A program made the position numbers and the translations under genes. The notes below the pieces were generated by a model, which was not told the origin of the DNA, made no database searches, and was given only the letters and a program-made list of their open reading frames with translations. A stretch of 64,000 nucleotides of DNA from Rhodoluna sp. (GTDB taxonomy: Bacteria; Actinomycetota; Actinomycetes; Actinomycetales; Microbacteriaceae), in assembly GCA_044338605.1 (NCBI GenBank), contig JBIIXB010000001.1, forward strand, positions 50,205 to 114,204, written 5' to 3'. Position 1 is the stretch's first letter; every line of letters starts with the position of its first letter. Shown piece after piece: positions 49,725 through 59,473 of the stretch.

Positions 49725-50213
49725 TTAGGCCCTTAGCTCGAAGGATGTCTGGCCCACTCGGACCTGAGTGTTCAAGGGAACGACGGTAGTTGTGGCAACC
49801 TTCTTCCCATCCAGCAAAGTCCCGTTTGTTGAATCAAGATCTTGAACTAACCATTCGCCATTTATGAATACCAACTTGGCGTGATGGGTGGAAGTGTATT
49901 CATCGTCCACAATCAAATCGCTGTCACCAGCACGGCCAATAGTAAGTTGTCTTCCAGAAAGCGCTATCTCAGTGCCAATCTTTTCCCCGGCAGTAACCAC
50001 AATCTTGGTGGCTTTTTGCTCGGAAGGCTTGGCGCTAGCCAAATTTGCACCAGAGGCGGGAACAAATGCGTTGGGTAGATTTGCGGAAGCAACCTTAGAA
50101 ACGACTTTTTGGCCGAAGAGGTCTGCTCTAATCACTGAGATGATGCTGAAAATGAAGATCCATAGCAAAACCAGAAAACCCGTGCGAACCAGAAACAAAG
50201 CTAATTCACTCAC
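49725..50213 (-). CDS. fhaB: FHA-domain protein FhaB/FipA
   Basis: N-terminal TM; IGR, STHHA, STNGT. Confidence 0.9.
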   Translation of the reverse strand: MSELALFLVRTGFLVLLWIFIFSIISVIRADLFGQKVVSKVASANLPNAFVPASGANLASAKPSEQKATKIVVTAGEKIGTEIALSGRQLTIGRAGDSDLIVDDEYTSTHHAKLVFINGEWLVQDLDSTNGTLLDGKKVATTTVVPLNTQVRVGQTSFELRA

Positions 50214-50878
50214 TTGGCCCTCGCTATCACGTTGAACAGAAAATTGGTTCTTCCTGCTGAAAAAGCGGTTCCATTTTGGAGCACCACTTGGTCAATCTTT
50301 CTACCGTTCACCTTGACTCCGTTGGTGGACCCTAAATCGCGCAAAACCGCGCTGGAGCCATCCCAAAGGATCTCAAAGTGCTTTCTACTTAGACCATTGT
50401 CCCCGATTTGGATGTCTGCCGTGGAATCTCGGCCAACCGTGGTTTTTGAAGAAACCAAGGAATGAAGTACTCCAGCCACCTCAAGAACCGGCACCCAGGC
50501 TATGTCTAACTTCTTGCTGCTGGCAACTACAGATAGCTGACCCAAGGCCAAGGAAGCTTTTTGGGCAAGGGAAATCTCCAGCACTTCACCGAACTGGAAT
50601 CTTTGGTTCTTAGCGTGCTCCGAACAAAGCTTGGTGAGCTCTTCTATAAGAGGCTCACCTAGGTCATTTAGCCGGTCATGGTCTTGGGGGCTTAGCTCAA
50701 CCAAGTAGCTATTGGGTACCAGGATGCGATCGCGGCTAAGAATGGATGCCTTGGCATCCATTTCTTGCTTGATGGCCGAAGCTATCTCTACTGGCTCTAG
50801 GCTTGATTTGAAAGTTTTGGAAAACAGTCCAGTAACTTTCTTTTCAAGACCTTTCTCGAACTTATCTAAGAATCCCAA
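50210..50878 (-). CDS. fhaA: FhaA (DUF3662 + FHA)
   Basis: LDKFEKGLE...EPVEIASA; VGR, SRKH, GSTNG. Confidence 0.9.
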   Translation of the reverse strand: MGFLDKFEKGLEKKVTGLFSKTFKSSLEPVEIASAIKQEMDAKASILSRDRILVPNSYLVELSPQDHDRLNDLGEPLIEELTKLCSEHAKNQRFQFGEVLEISLAQKASLALGQLSVVASSKKLDIAWVPVLEVAGVLHSLVSSKTTVGRDSTADIQIGDNGLSRKHFEILWDGSSAVLRDLGSTNGVKVNGRKIDQVVLQNGTAFSAGRTNFLFNVIARAK

Positions 50879-51004
50879 GACATTCCCTTGTTCGGCGGTA
50901 AGTTACCAGTTTACCAAAATCACCAGTAATCAACTGAATAAAAAAGGTACAACACCTAATTACTGCCCCAAACGCGCTTACTTGATTGATTTAGGATTCT
51001 CTAC

Positions 51005-51970
51005 ATGAAGAAAATACTGATTTTTCTGGATGAAGTGCGATCTGCGATTCGTGAGGGAACGTACCGTCAGAACATGAAGACTTATTTTCTTCCCAGAATC
51101 GCAAAACTTACAGTAAACATACTTTCCTTGATTTCTAAGTTACCTGGGATTTCCGGACTCCTTAGATTCCAGCAGGGAAAGTTTGGTTTTTTTGTCAGAG
51201 ACACTTACTTCCTCACCTACAACGCAGGACTACTCTCTTGCAGCTCAGTCACTTTGTCTGACATCACAGCATCGGGCCGCACAGTAAGAAAAATCAAATC
51301 AAACTTTGGCATGAGTCTTTATAAGAAATGGCTCCTCAGAAATAATTGGAAAAGCTATTTTCAAACCCCGGTACTGACGAACTCATCTCAGTTAGCTTCC
51401 ACTGAGAGCGGGAGCTATCCCAACGAAATTCATGACTGGTGGGGTAGGGACTACGATGCTATTCCTTTCAAGGCTGTTCAAGAAACTGTTGGCTTGTATT
51501 TTCGCCTTTCACCAAAGGTTGTGAAGCTCTCAGATGGCTTTGTTGAAAAATACGGAATCAATTTGGATGAAACAATCGGTGTGCACTACCGCGGTACGGA
51601 CAAGCAGACCGAGATAGAAACCCCAAGCCTCACAGAATTCATATCGCAAACCAGGCAGTTCATGCAGGAAATGGCTAACCCGAAGATTTTGCTCCTAACC
51701 GATGAGCCTGATGTCATTGTGGGCTTCGAAGCCGCTTTTCGGAATGCTGTAATTACTATTAGTGAACTTGCAGCGCCCGGTGGCTCAATTGGAGCACACA
51801 TACTTGATTCAAAAGAGCCCGAAGTTCAGGGCCAGATTTTTCTAGCTATCTTGTCGTTAGTTTCTAAATGCAAAAAGGTCGTAACTCACACCGGAAACGG
51901 CGCACTTTGGGAAGTGCTATTTAGGGGAAGTACCGAAGATCTAAAGCAGGTTAGGACCCATGAGCTTTAA
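51005..51970 (+). CDS. NodZ / O-fucosyltransferase-like protein
   Basis: IGVHYRGTDK and LLLTDE match fucosyltransferase motifs. Confidence 0.65.
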   Translation: MKKILIFLDEVRSAIREGTYRQNMKTYFLPRIAKLTVNILSLISKLPGISGLLRFQQGKFGFFVRDTYFLTYNAGLLSCSSVTLSDITASGRTVRKIKSNFGMSLYKKWLLRNNWKSYFQTPVLTNSSQLASTESGSYPNEIHDWWGRDYDAIPFKAVQETVGLYFRLSPKVVKLSDGFVEKYGINLDETIGVHYRGTDKQTEIETPSLTEFISQTRQFMQEMANPKILLLTDEPDVIVGFEAAFRNAVITISELAAPGGSIGAHILDSKEPEVQGQIFLAILSLVSKCKKVVTHTGNGALWEVLFRGSTEDLKQVRTHEL

Positions 51971-52000
51971 GAGCGAACAACTCTGTTTACGGAAGCTCTA

Positions 52001-52912
52001 CTATCCGACTGTTGCGCCGATGCGCTTACCCCTGGTGTGTGAGGGGCTGCAGGCAATATTCTCTGGAACCTGAGCGCATTCGTCGCAAAGCAAAATCAAA
52101 TCTCTACAGGCCAGAGAAGAACAGTCACGGAATTTCTTGGTTGGACCATCACACGCTTCACACTTACCTATTACCTTGGCATCTGGTGAGAAGTCGATGT
52201 CCATGCGGTCATCAAAAACATAGAGTGAACCTTCCCAAAGTCCTTTGTCCCCAAAAGCTTCTCCGTAACGAACGATTCCACCCTTGATTTGATATACCTC
52301 TTGAAAGCCACGGTTTTTCATAGCAACCGACAGAATCTCGCAGCGGATACCGCCGGTGCAGTATGTGACAACAGGCTTGTCCTTTAGGTGATCAAACTTT
52401 CCTGATTCGATCTCCTTAACAAAGTCGTGGGTAGTTTCAACATCGGGAACCACGGCATTCTTGAACTTTCCAATCTTTGATTCAAATGCATTCCGGCCAT
52501 CAAAGAAGACGACTTCATCGCCTCGTTCAGCAACTAGCTGATTTACCTCTTCTGGCTTTAGGTGTTTACCGCCACCTATAACTCCACGGGGTCCAACCTG
52601 AAGTTCCTCGGGGGCTCCGAAGGCAACCAGCTCTTTTCTAGAGCGAACCCGAAGTCTTGGGAAGTCATTACCGGTGCCATCTGACCACTTGAAATCGATG
52701 CGGTTAAATCCTGGATACTCCTTGGTGGCTCTGGCGTACTTCTTTAGTGCAGCCATGTCGCCACCCAAGGTTCCGTTGATGCCGTGCTTGGAGATAAGAA
52801 TTCGACCTTTGAGGCCCAAAGATTCACACAGGGTGCGCTGCCAAAGCTTCATAGCCTCTGGGTCGGGCACCGGAGCAAAGCCGTAGTAAAGGATAATTTT
52901 CTGGAGTTCCAC
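52001..52912 (-). CDS. trhO: Rhodanese-related tRNA uridine(34) hydroxylase (YceA/TrhO family)
   Basis: [31 protein letters not shown]. Confidence 0.88.
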   Translation of the reverse strand: MELQKIILYYGFAPVPDPEAMKLWQRTLCESLGLKGRILISKHGINGTLGGDMAALKKYARATKEYPGFNRIDFKWSDGTGNDFPRLRVRSRKELVAFGAPEELQVGPRGVIGGGKHLKPEEVNQLVAERGDEVVFFDGRNAFESKIGKFKNAVVPDVETTHDFVKEIESGKFDHLKDKPVVTYCTGGIRCEILSVAMKNRGFQEVYQIKGGIVRYGEAFGDKGLWEGSLYVFDDRMDIDFSPDAKVIGKCEACDGPTKKFRDCSSLACRDLILLCDECAQVPENIACSPSHTRGKRIGATVG

Positions 52913-52952
52913 ATGAAAAAGCCTAGCCTCTAGAACCTTCTAGGATGAAGTA

Positions 52953-54917
52953 ATGAATTTGTCTCCAGGCATTGACGCCACAGCACTGAGCCCAGCAACC
53001 AGAGCCCAAGATGACCTGTTCAGGCATGTCAATGGCAAATGGCTAGACACCACCGAGATCCCAGAAGACAAAGCCATCTACGGCTCTTTTCACATGCTTG
53101 CCGACGCATCCGAGGAAGCCGTCAGGTTGATTTTGGAGGAGGCTTCTGCAAACCCAACACCGGGAGTGAGCCAGCAAATCGGGGACCTCTACGCATCTTT
53201 CTTGGACGAAGAAAAAGCCAATGCCCTTGGCGCCAAACCTATTGAAGCTGATCTTGCCCGCATCAACGCGCTCGCCAATCTCTCAGAGGTCACCACCATG
53301 CTTGGTGAGTTTGAAAGGACTGGAGTCAGCGGGCTATTTGGAATGTATGTCGACAACGATCCAAATGACCCAACCAGGTACCTAGTGAATCTATACCAAG
53401 GCGGCCTTGGTCTTCCTGATGAGGCCTATTACCGCGAAGAAAAGCACGAGAGTATTCGCGCAGCATATGTGGTTCACATTCAAAAAATGTTGAAGCTAGC
53501 TGGATGGGGAGAAGATTCAGCTAAGGATGCAGCAGCCGACATCTTTGAGTTCGAAACTAAGTTGGCTTCAAATCACTGGAACAATGTTGAAACCAGAGAT
53601 GCCGAGAAAACGAACAACCTCACAAATTTTGATTCGCTAAAAAAGCTAACTACTACCTTTGACTGGAACCTGTGGTTTGAAGGTGGAAAAATCAGCCCGA
53701 AAGTTCTAAACGAGTCGATTGTGATGATGCCGTCCTTTTTTGAATCCCTGAAAGACACTTTCTCGGAATCAAACCTAGAGGCCATCAAGCTTTGGATGAG
53801 CTGGAAACTGATCAGCCAGGCAGCAGCCTATTTGTCTCAAGATTTTGTGGAAGAAAGATTTAGTTTCTACGGAACAACATTGACAGGAGCGCCGGTAAAC
53901 CGCGCTCGCTGGAAGCGAGCCGTGAGCTTGGTCGAAGGCTCGCTTGGTGAGGCTGTTGGAAAGATCTATGTCGAGAAGTATTTTCCAGTTGAGGCCAAAA
54001 AGCGCATGGACGAGTTAGTTCAGTATCTAATCGATGCTTATAAAGACAGCATCGAGAATCTTTCTTGGATGAGCGATGAGACCAAAGAGAAGGCGCTGGT
54101 AAAGCTAACAAAGTTCACTCCAAAGATTGGTTACCCAGTGAAATGGAGGGACTACTCGAGCATCAAAATCGATCGCAATGATTTGATCTCAAACGTCAAA
54201 AACGTTACCTCTTGGAATCTTGACCGTGAGATGAAGAAAATCGGTTCACCGCTAGATCGTGACGAGTGGTTTATGACCCCACAAACCGTAAACGCCTATT
54301 ACAACCCTGGCTTCAACGAGATTGTTTTCCCGGCCGCTATTTTGCAGCCACCGTTTTTCTCTTTGGATTCAGATGACGCTGTTAACTTCGGTGCAATCGG
54401 AGCGGTAATCGGTCACGAAATCGGACACGGCTTTGATGACCAAGGATCAAAGTATGACGGCGATGGCGCACTCATTAGCTGGTGGAGCGATGAAGACAGA
54501 TCAGCTTTTGAGAAGCTAACTTCTAGTTTGATTTCCCAGTTCAATGAACTATCTCCTGAACAGCTATCTGATGACAACAAAGTCAACGGCGAGCTAACTA
54601 TCGGAGAAAACATCGGAGATCTTGGTGGACTTGGAATTGCTTATAAGGCTTATCTGATGTCACTGAGAGATAAAGAGCCTGAGCTAATTGACGGTCTGAC
54701 GGGCAAGCAAAGACTATTTTTGTCTTGGGCGCAAGCCTGGAGAACCAAGGGAAGAGACGAGATGGTTCTGCAACGACTAGCAACCGACCCACACTCACCA
54801 CCTGAGTTTCGGTGTAACCAGATTGTTCGAAACATTGACGCCTTCTATGAAGCATTTGAGCTGAGCCCTTCTGACAAACTTTGGCTGGAAGAGTCCAAGC
54901 GAGTGAGTATTTGGTAA
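52953..54917 (+). CDS. M13 family zinc metallopeptidase (PepO/Zmp1-like)
   Basis: VNAYY, HEIGH, GENIGD, DPHSP. Confidence 0.95.
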   Translation: MNLSPGIDATALSPATRAQDDLFRHVNGKWLDTTEIPEDKAIYGSFHMLADASEEAVRLILEEASANPTPGVSQQIGDLYASFLDEEKANALGAKPIEADLARINALANLSEVTTMLGEFERTGVSGLFGMYVDNDPNDPTRYLVNLYQGGLGLPDEAYYREEKHESIRAAYVVHIQKMLKLAGWGEDSAKDAAADIFEFETKLASNHWNNVETRDAEKTNNLTNFDSLKKLTTTFDWNLWFEGGKISPKVLNESIVMMPSFFESLKDTFSESNLEAIKLWMSWKLISQAAAYLSQDFVEERFSFYGTTLTGAPVNRARWKRAVSLVEGSLGEAVGKIYVEKYFPVEAKKRMDELVQYLIDAYKDSIENLSWMSDETKEKALVKLTKFTPKIGYPVKWRDYSSIKIDRNDLISNVKNVTSWNLDREMKKIGSPLDRDEWFMTPQTVNAYYNPGFNEIVFPAAILQPPFFSLDSDDAVNFGAIGAVIGHEIGHGFDDQGSKYDGDGALISWWSDEDRSAFEKLTSSLISQFNELSPEQLSDDNKVNGELTIGENIGDLGGLGIAYKAYLMSLRDKEPELIDGLTGKQRLFLSWAQAWRTKGRDEMVLQRLATDPHSPPEFRCNQIVRNIDAFYEAFELSPSDKLWLEESKRVSIW

Positions 54918-55466
54918 ATGAAACTTTGGCTCAGAGTTATCTATCAGCTATTGAGCTGGAGATTTAGATCAAACATAAAGATCAATGACGTTGCTAAACG
55001 CCGCTTCAGAGTTTGGCCAACCGATCTAGACATCTACGCTCACATGAACAACGGTGTTTTTCTGACCATTATGGATTTGGGTCGTTACGACCACGGCAAG
55101 AGAACCGGTATTTGGAACAAGTGGAACAAAATTGGTTGGTATCCAGTGGTGGTGGCAGAGAACATCACTTTCAGAAAGTCGCTCCAGCTTTGGCAAACTT
55201 TTGATCTGGAATCAAAAGTTATTGGTTGGACCGACGAGGCGTTCTATTTTGAACAAAGATTTGTGGTTGGCAAAGAAATCTACGCCAGAGCAGTAGTTCG
55301 AATCAGGTTCCTGAAAAGATCCCGAGGCATCGTTACCCCTAAGGAAATCTTGGAATACACACCTTGGAATGGACCGCTGCCGATTCTCCCGCAATGGGTT
55401 GCCAACTGGTCAGCAGCCTCTTCTTTACCTAAGGGTAGAGACCCAGCGCCTAGCGAATGGGACTAA
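54918..55466 (+). CDS. Hot-dog acyl-CoA thioesterase
   Basis: VWPTDLDIYAHMNNG..MDLGR. Confidence 0.88.
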   Translation: MKLWLRVIYQLLSWRFRSNIKINDVAKRRFRVWPTDLDIYAHMNNGVFLTIMDLGRYDHGKRTGIWNKWNKIGWYPVVVAENITFRKSLQLWQTFDLESKVIGWTDEAFYFEQRFVVGKEIYARAVVRIRFLKRSRGIVTPKEILEYTPWNGPLPILPQWVANWSAASSLPKGRDPAPSEWD

Positions 55467-55475
55467 GCAGCAGCT

Positions 55476-55643
55476 ATGAATCGTTAGGCTCTTTCGAAAC
55501 AAGCAGTTGAACTAGTAGAGACTTGGCTAACTGACGCCAAGGGAAACACTGAATCATCGGCGGCAGAGGCAAGGCTGTCAGCATTACTCAGAGACCCACG
55601 AAATCTTTTGCAGAAGTGCGCTTCGGAAAATCAGAGTACCTAG
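55476..55643 (+). pseudogene. Probable 5' remnant of putA (proline dehydrogenase)
   Basis: MNR*ALSKQAVELVETWLTDAKGNTESSAAEARLSALLRDP resembles the actinobacterial PutA N-terminus (recalled pattern); in-frame TAG at codon 4; similarity ends after RDP. Confidence 0.5.
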
Positions 55644-55729
55644 GAAGAAAATTTTTTAGATCTTTAGCGCTTGAGCTTAAGGAGGAGTCGCTTCGGCCGC
55701 GAGAGAGCTGTAAATGCTAATAGCTATCA

Positions 55730-57121
55730 CTATATGGGTATAAAAACGGCCCATAATGCTGGCCCAATGAATGCAAGCCATAACACCGAAACTCTAGTAA
55801 CCCAGGTTGCGCCACCGACCGTTTCTTGAAGCTTGGATTCACGAAAAATTTGAAACAACATGAGAAAAGCTGGAGCCAAGAAAAACGCACTAAGCACGGT
55901 TCTAAAAGTCGACATTAACTCTAGAGGGTAAAAGTCTGATACAAGAACCTTAGGGTCAGGGAATGCCGAAGCCAATGCCCCTTTTTCAATCATGAAACCA
56001 TCTACGTTGTATTTCCATTGAGTTACTGAAATACCGATAAATGCTACAAAGGCTACAGACTCCCATAAAAGCCATGTCCTAGGGTTAGGAATCATGCTCA
56101 CCATCAAGGCCAAAAATGGAGTAAGAATAATCAGCCATTGTGGGTGCCATACGACGACGCTAAACATCAGGCCATAAGTTGTGACTGCAAACAAAACCGC
56201 TTTTTGCTCAAAAGTGCCCTTCCACTTATTCGAGAGAACGGCGGCGAAGCACATAAAAACATAGACAGCTGTCACGACGTATATTTCCCCAGTCGCGGCT
56301 GCCCCGGCAGCTCTGCTGAAAGCAAGACCAAAGATCTGATTCCTAAAAGCTTCATTGGACCAGTAGGCGGCAAGCTGTAGTGCTAAGGGAATACACACAA
56401 GCAAACCGAGACGTGCTATCTCGAGTATTTTCTTTGAGGAGAGAAGTAAAAAAGGCAATACCAATAATCCAGCAAAGAACTTGAATGTCACCGCAACACC
56501 AATTAGTACTGCGAACCGGCTCAATTGCTTTTGTAGCAGTTTTTGAAAAGCCCAAAGAGTAAAGAAGACACCAATGATATCGTATTGACTAAAAATTCCA
56601 AATGCAAAAAGAGCAAATGGCGATAAAACAAAAGCCCAAGTGGCTAGGGCCTGTCTTAGCCCGTTGTCAGGGTGAATTAGCCTGGCGATTCTGTAGAGAA
56701 TTCGCACACTCAAAACGAAGAAAAAAACTAGGAGGCCTTTCGCCCATAAAATTTCTCCTGGAAAAAGTGTTAACGCTCCAAACTCAGATGCTATCGGAAT
56801 GCCCAAAAAGTAAAAGGGTGCCATCCAGGCGGCAAAGACTACATATAAAATAGGAAGGTAATCGTTACCTCCAACAAAAGTTAAGTTGTAGTCGTAAAAG
56901 TCAATTAAGTGACCTTGCAAGTAACCATAAGACGACAGAACCGTGTGGGTCAGATCGCCCTGATTAAAAGTTGGAAGAACGGCAGCAAGCGTAACCAGTC
57001 CCAGAACTAAGGCAAGCCTCGGCTTTGTGAATTTATTGAGCTGCCCAACTGAGTTCGACAAGCTAGAGGTCGTTTTTCCCCAGTGGATCGACATAATCTG
57101 GAAAACACGAGAGTTTTTCAA
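55730..57121 (-). CDS. Multi-TM membrane protein, GT-C-type glycosyltransferase-like
   Basis: About 11 TM segments; YLP, QYD, KFF, WHPQW motifs resembling GT87/GT-C. Confidence 0.6.
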   Translation of the reverse strand: MKNSRVFQIMSIHWGKTTSSLSNSVGQLNKFTKPRLALVLGLVTLAAVLPTFNQGDLTHTVLSSYGYLQGHLIDFYDYNLTFVGGNDYLPILYVVFAAWMAPFYFLGIPIASEFGALTLFPGEILWAKGLLVFFFVLSVRILYRIARLIHPDNGLRQALATWAFVLSPFALFAFGIFSQYDIIGVFFTLWAFQKLLQKQLSRFAVLIGVAVTFKFFAGLLVLPFLLLSSKKILEIARLGLLVCIPLALQLAAYWSNEAFRNQIFGLAFSRAAGAAATGEIYVVTAVYVFMCFAAVLSNKWKGTFEQKAVLFAVTTYGLMFSVVVWHPQWLIILTPFLALMVSMIPNPRTWLLWESVAFVAFIGISVTQWKYNVDGFMIEKGALASAFPDPKVLVSDFYPLELMSTFRTVLSAFFLAPAFLMLFQIFRESKLQETVGGATWVTRVSVLWLAFIGPALWAVFIPI

Positions 57122-57185
57122 GAAGCTGACTCCTTTACCACTCTCAATTTTTTTGAATACTGGGGTTCAAACTAAGTAGAACTCC

Positions 57186-57247
57186 CCCAAAGCACCTCTT
57201 AATACATCACTAAAGACCCAAAGCACCTCTTAATACATCACTAAAGA
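57186..57247. repeat. Perfect 31-bp tandem duplication
   Basis: CCCAAAGCACCTCTTAATACATCACTAAAGA at 57186-57216 and 57217-57247. Confidence 0.95.
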
Positions 57248-57466
57248 TTCTACTGGATAAAAAGAGAGAGCGTGTCAGTTTTTTTCCGAAATATTGGAAC
57301 ATCTCCATTCAAGCTAGACCAATCTCAATCTAATTGGACACCGACTCGTATACCTTAGTTGGAATAAAACTCTCCAAACCTAATCGCTCTCACAACATTA
57401 ATGCCGATGCTCCAAGAAATGAGTTTGGTGGTGTGCAAAGCACCTGTTTACGGATAATTACTCTGC

Positions 57467-58243
57467 TTATTTCAATATTTTCAGCCAGGGAGCATTTCCA
57501 TCGGCTGCGAGAGACTCAAGAATTCTTTTTTCTCGCAGCGTGTCCATGGGCTGCCAAAAACCTGAATGACTGAAAGACGCGAGATTACCAGATTTAGCTA
57601 GTTGTTCTAACGGCTCTCGTTCCCAAATGGTCTCATCACCTGAAATAAGATTAATAACTGCAGCTTCTAAAACAAAAAACCCTCCGTTAATCCATCCAAC
57701 TTCTTCCGCACGTTTCTCCCGAAAGTCAGTTACCGACCCTGCTTCATCCATAGTTAACATTCCAAACCTGCCAGGTGGTTGAACGGCGGCAACCGTAGCT
57801 AGCTTTCCATGGGCTTTGTGAAACTCAACCTCTTTTGAGATGTCTATATCTGAGACACCGTCACCGTAGGTAAGGCAAAAAGTCTCATCACCGATGTATT
57901 TCTGAACACGCTTCAATCTGCCACCAGTCTGAGTATCTAACCCAGTGTCTACAAAAGTTATCTTCCAACTCTCTGTTTGCGTGTCAAGAATCTTGTACTC
58001 ACCAGTTGCTAAGTCAATATGAAAATCTGAAGTGTGTCTGTAATAGTTGTAAAAGTACTCTTTGATCATGTATCCCTTGTAACCAAGGCAAATGACGAAT
58101 TCATTTATCCCGTGGTTTGAGTACATTTTCATGATGTGCCACAGGACCGGCCTATCGGCAATTTCTACCATTGGCTTGGGTCTTAGATCAGATTCCTCAG
58201 AAATTCGGGTACCTAAACCACCCGCAAAGATTACAGCTTTCAT
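57467..58243 (-). CDS. rfbF: Glucose-1-phosphate cytidylyltransferase
   Basis: AGGLGTRISEE..PKPMVEI, TGGRLKR, TYGDG, FWQPMDTLRE. Confidence 0.95.
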   Translation of the reverse strand: MKAVIFAGGLGTRISEESDLRPKPMVEIADRPVLWHIMKMYSNHGINEFVICLGYKGYMIKEYFYNYYRHTSDFHIDLATGEYKILDTQTESWKITFVDTGLDTQTGGRLKRVQKYIGDETFCLTYGDGVSDIDISKEVEFHKAHGKLATVAAVQPPGRFGMLTMDEAGSVTDFREKRAEEVGWINGGFFVLEAAVINLISGDETIWEREPLEQLAKSGNLASFSHSGFWQPMDTLREKRILESLAADGNAPWLKILK

Positions 58244-58252
58244 TGAACCCCT

Positions 58253-59332
58253 TTAACCCTCAATTTCCGATTGCTCCCATGAGTCTATTTGGTCAAGACA
58301 AAGCTGCCGAGCTGGCTTGGTGTTGGCTAGGAACTCTTTGTACCAAGAGGCTGTTTTCTCTATGACCTGATCGGTATCCCAACTCGGCTGCCACCCAAAT
58401 GTTTGAGTAGCCAGTTCGCTGTTGAGCCCAAGTTTTCCAGCCTCATGCAGATTTGACTCGTGCTCCTTTATCTTGACGCCAGGCAACTCTTTAGCGAGCG
58501 AGGAAAGCACGGAAGATACCGAGAAAGACTCGTCTTCGATGGGGCCCAAGTTAAATGCACGATCAAACCTTGTGGGCTCTGGCCCCAGCATGCCAGCTAA
58601 AATCGACAGGTAACCGTCAATCAGAGAAAGCACATGCTGCCAAGGTCGGGTTGACTCTGGGAATCTTACTTCCATTTCTTGACCGGAAACAAATGCACGA
58701 ATGTAGTCGGGAATCAATCTATCCTCAGACCAATCCCCACCACCAACAATATTTCCTCCTCTAGCCACTGCAATTATCTGGTTAGTGGGACCATCAACTC
58801 TAAATGAATCTCGGTAGCTTGAGATTATGAGCTCCGCAGCCGCCTTCGACGCTGAGTATGGATCTTTACCTCCCAACTCGTCACCCTCCACATACCGGTA
58901 GTCGGTTTCAAGATTTTTATAAACCTTGTCAGTGGTTATACAGAGAACACCCTTGATTGATGAAACAAGCCGGGCTGCCTGCAACACGTTTGCTGTCCCT
59001 TGAGCGTTTATTTCAAAAGTCTCCCTCGGAACTCGGTAACTCCTTCGAACCAAGGGTTGCGCCGCCAGGTGGAGAACAAGATCAGGCTGAAACTTTTCAA
59101 TTTGATCTCTTAGATCATCAAAGTCTCGGATGTCAGCGATTTTTCCATCCACAAGTTCGGCTACGCCTGCTTCTTCATACAAATTTGGGGAAGTCTCAGG
59201 AGATAGTGAGTACCCAAAGACATGCGCGCCAATGGCGTTTAGCCAGATGCTTGCCCAAGAGCCCGTGAACCCTGTGTGACCGGTCAAGAAGATTCTTTTG
59301 CCAGCGAGTTCGGTTTCAAATCTTTTTGCCAA
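58253..59332 (-). CDS. rfbG: CDP-glucose 4,6-dehydratase
   Basis: TGHTGF, HLAAQPLVR, TTDKVY, DPYSASK, GGGDW, RPWQHV. Confidence 0.95.
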   Translation of the reverse strand: MAKRFETELAGKRIFLTGHTGFTGSWASIWLNAIGAHVFGYSLSPETSPNLYEEAGVAELVDGKIADIRDFDDLRDQIEKFQPDLVLHLAAQPLVRRSYRVPRETFEINAQGTANVLQAARLVSSIKGVLCITTDKVYKNLETDYRYVEGDELGGKDPYSASKAAAELIISSYRDSFRVDGPTNQIIAVARGGNIVGGGDWSEDRLIPDYIRAFVSGQEMEVRFPESTRPWQHVLSLIDGYLSILAGMLGPEPTRFDRAFNLGPIEDESFSVSSVLSSLAKELPGVKIKEHESNLHEAGKLGLNSELATQTFGWQPSWDTDQVIEKTASWYKEFLANTKPARQLCLDQIDSWEQSEIEG

Positions 59333-59473
59333 AATAACCCCAAACTTCAGTAAATAGAAAGACTTTCCTCAAAATTAGCACCACTCTGAAGCTGTAGCCA
59401 CCCTATATCTAGTTCAATCACAATACTGAATCTGTAGTATTAAGGTCCACTAATTGAAACACGGGGTTCATTA

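Noticed and set aside
57186-57247. Possible CRISPR repeat
   Set aside because: Only two abutting units, no spacer, no cas genes
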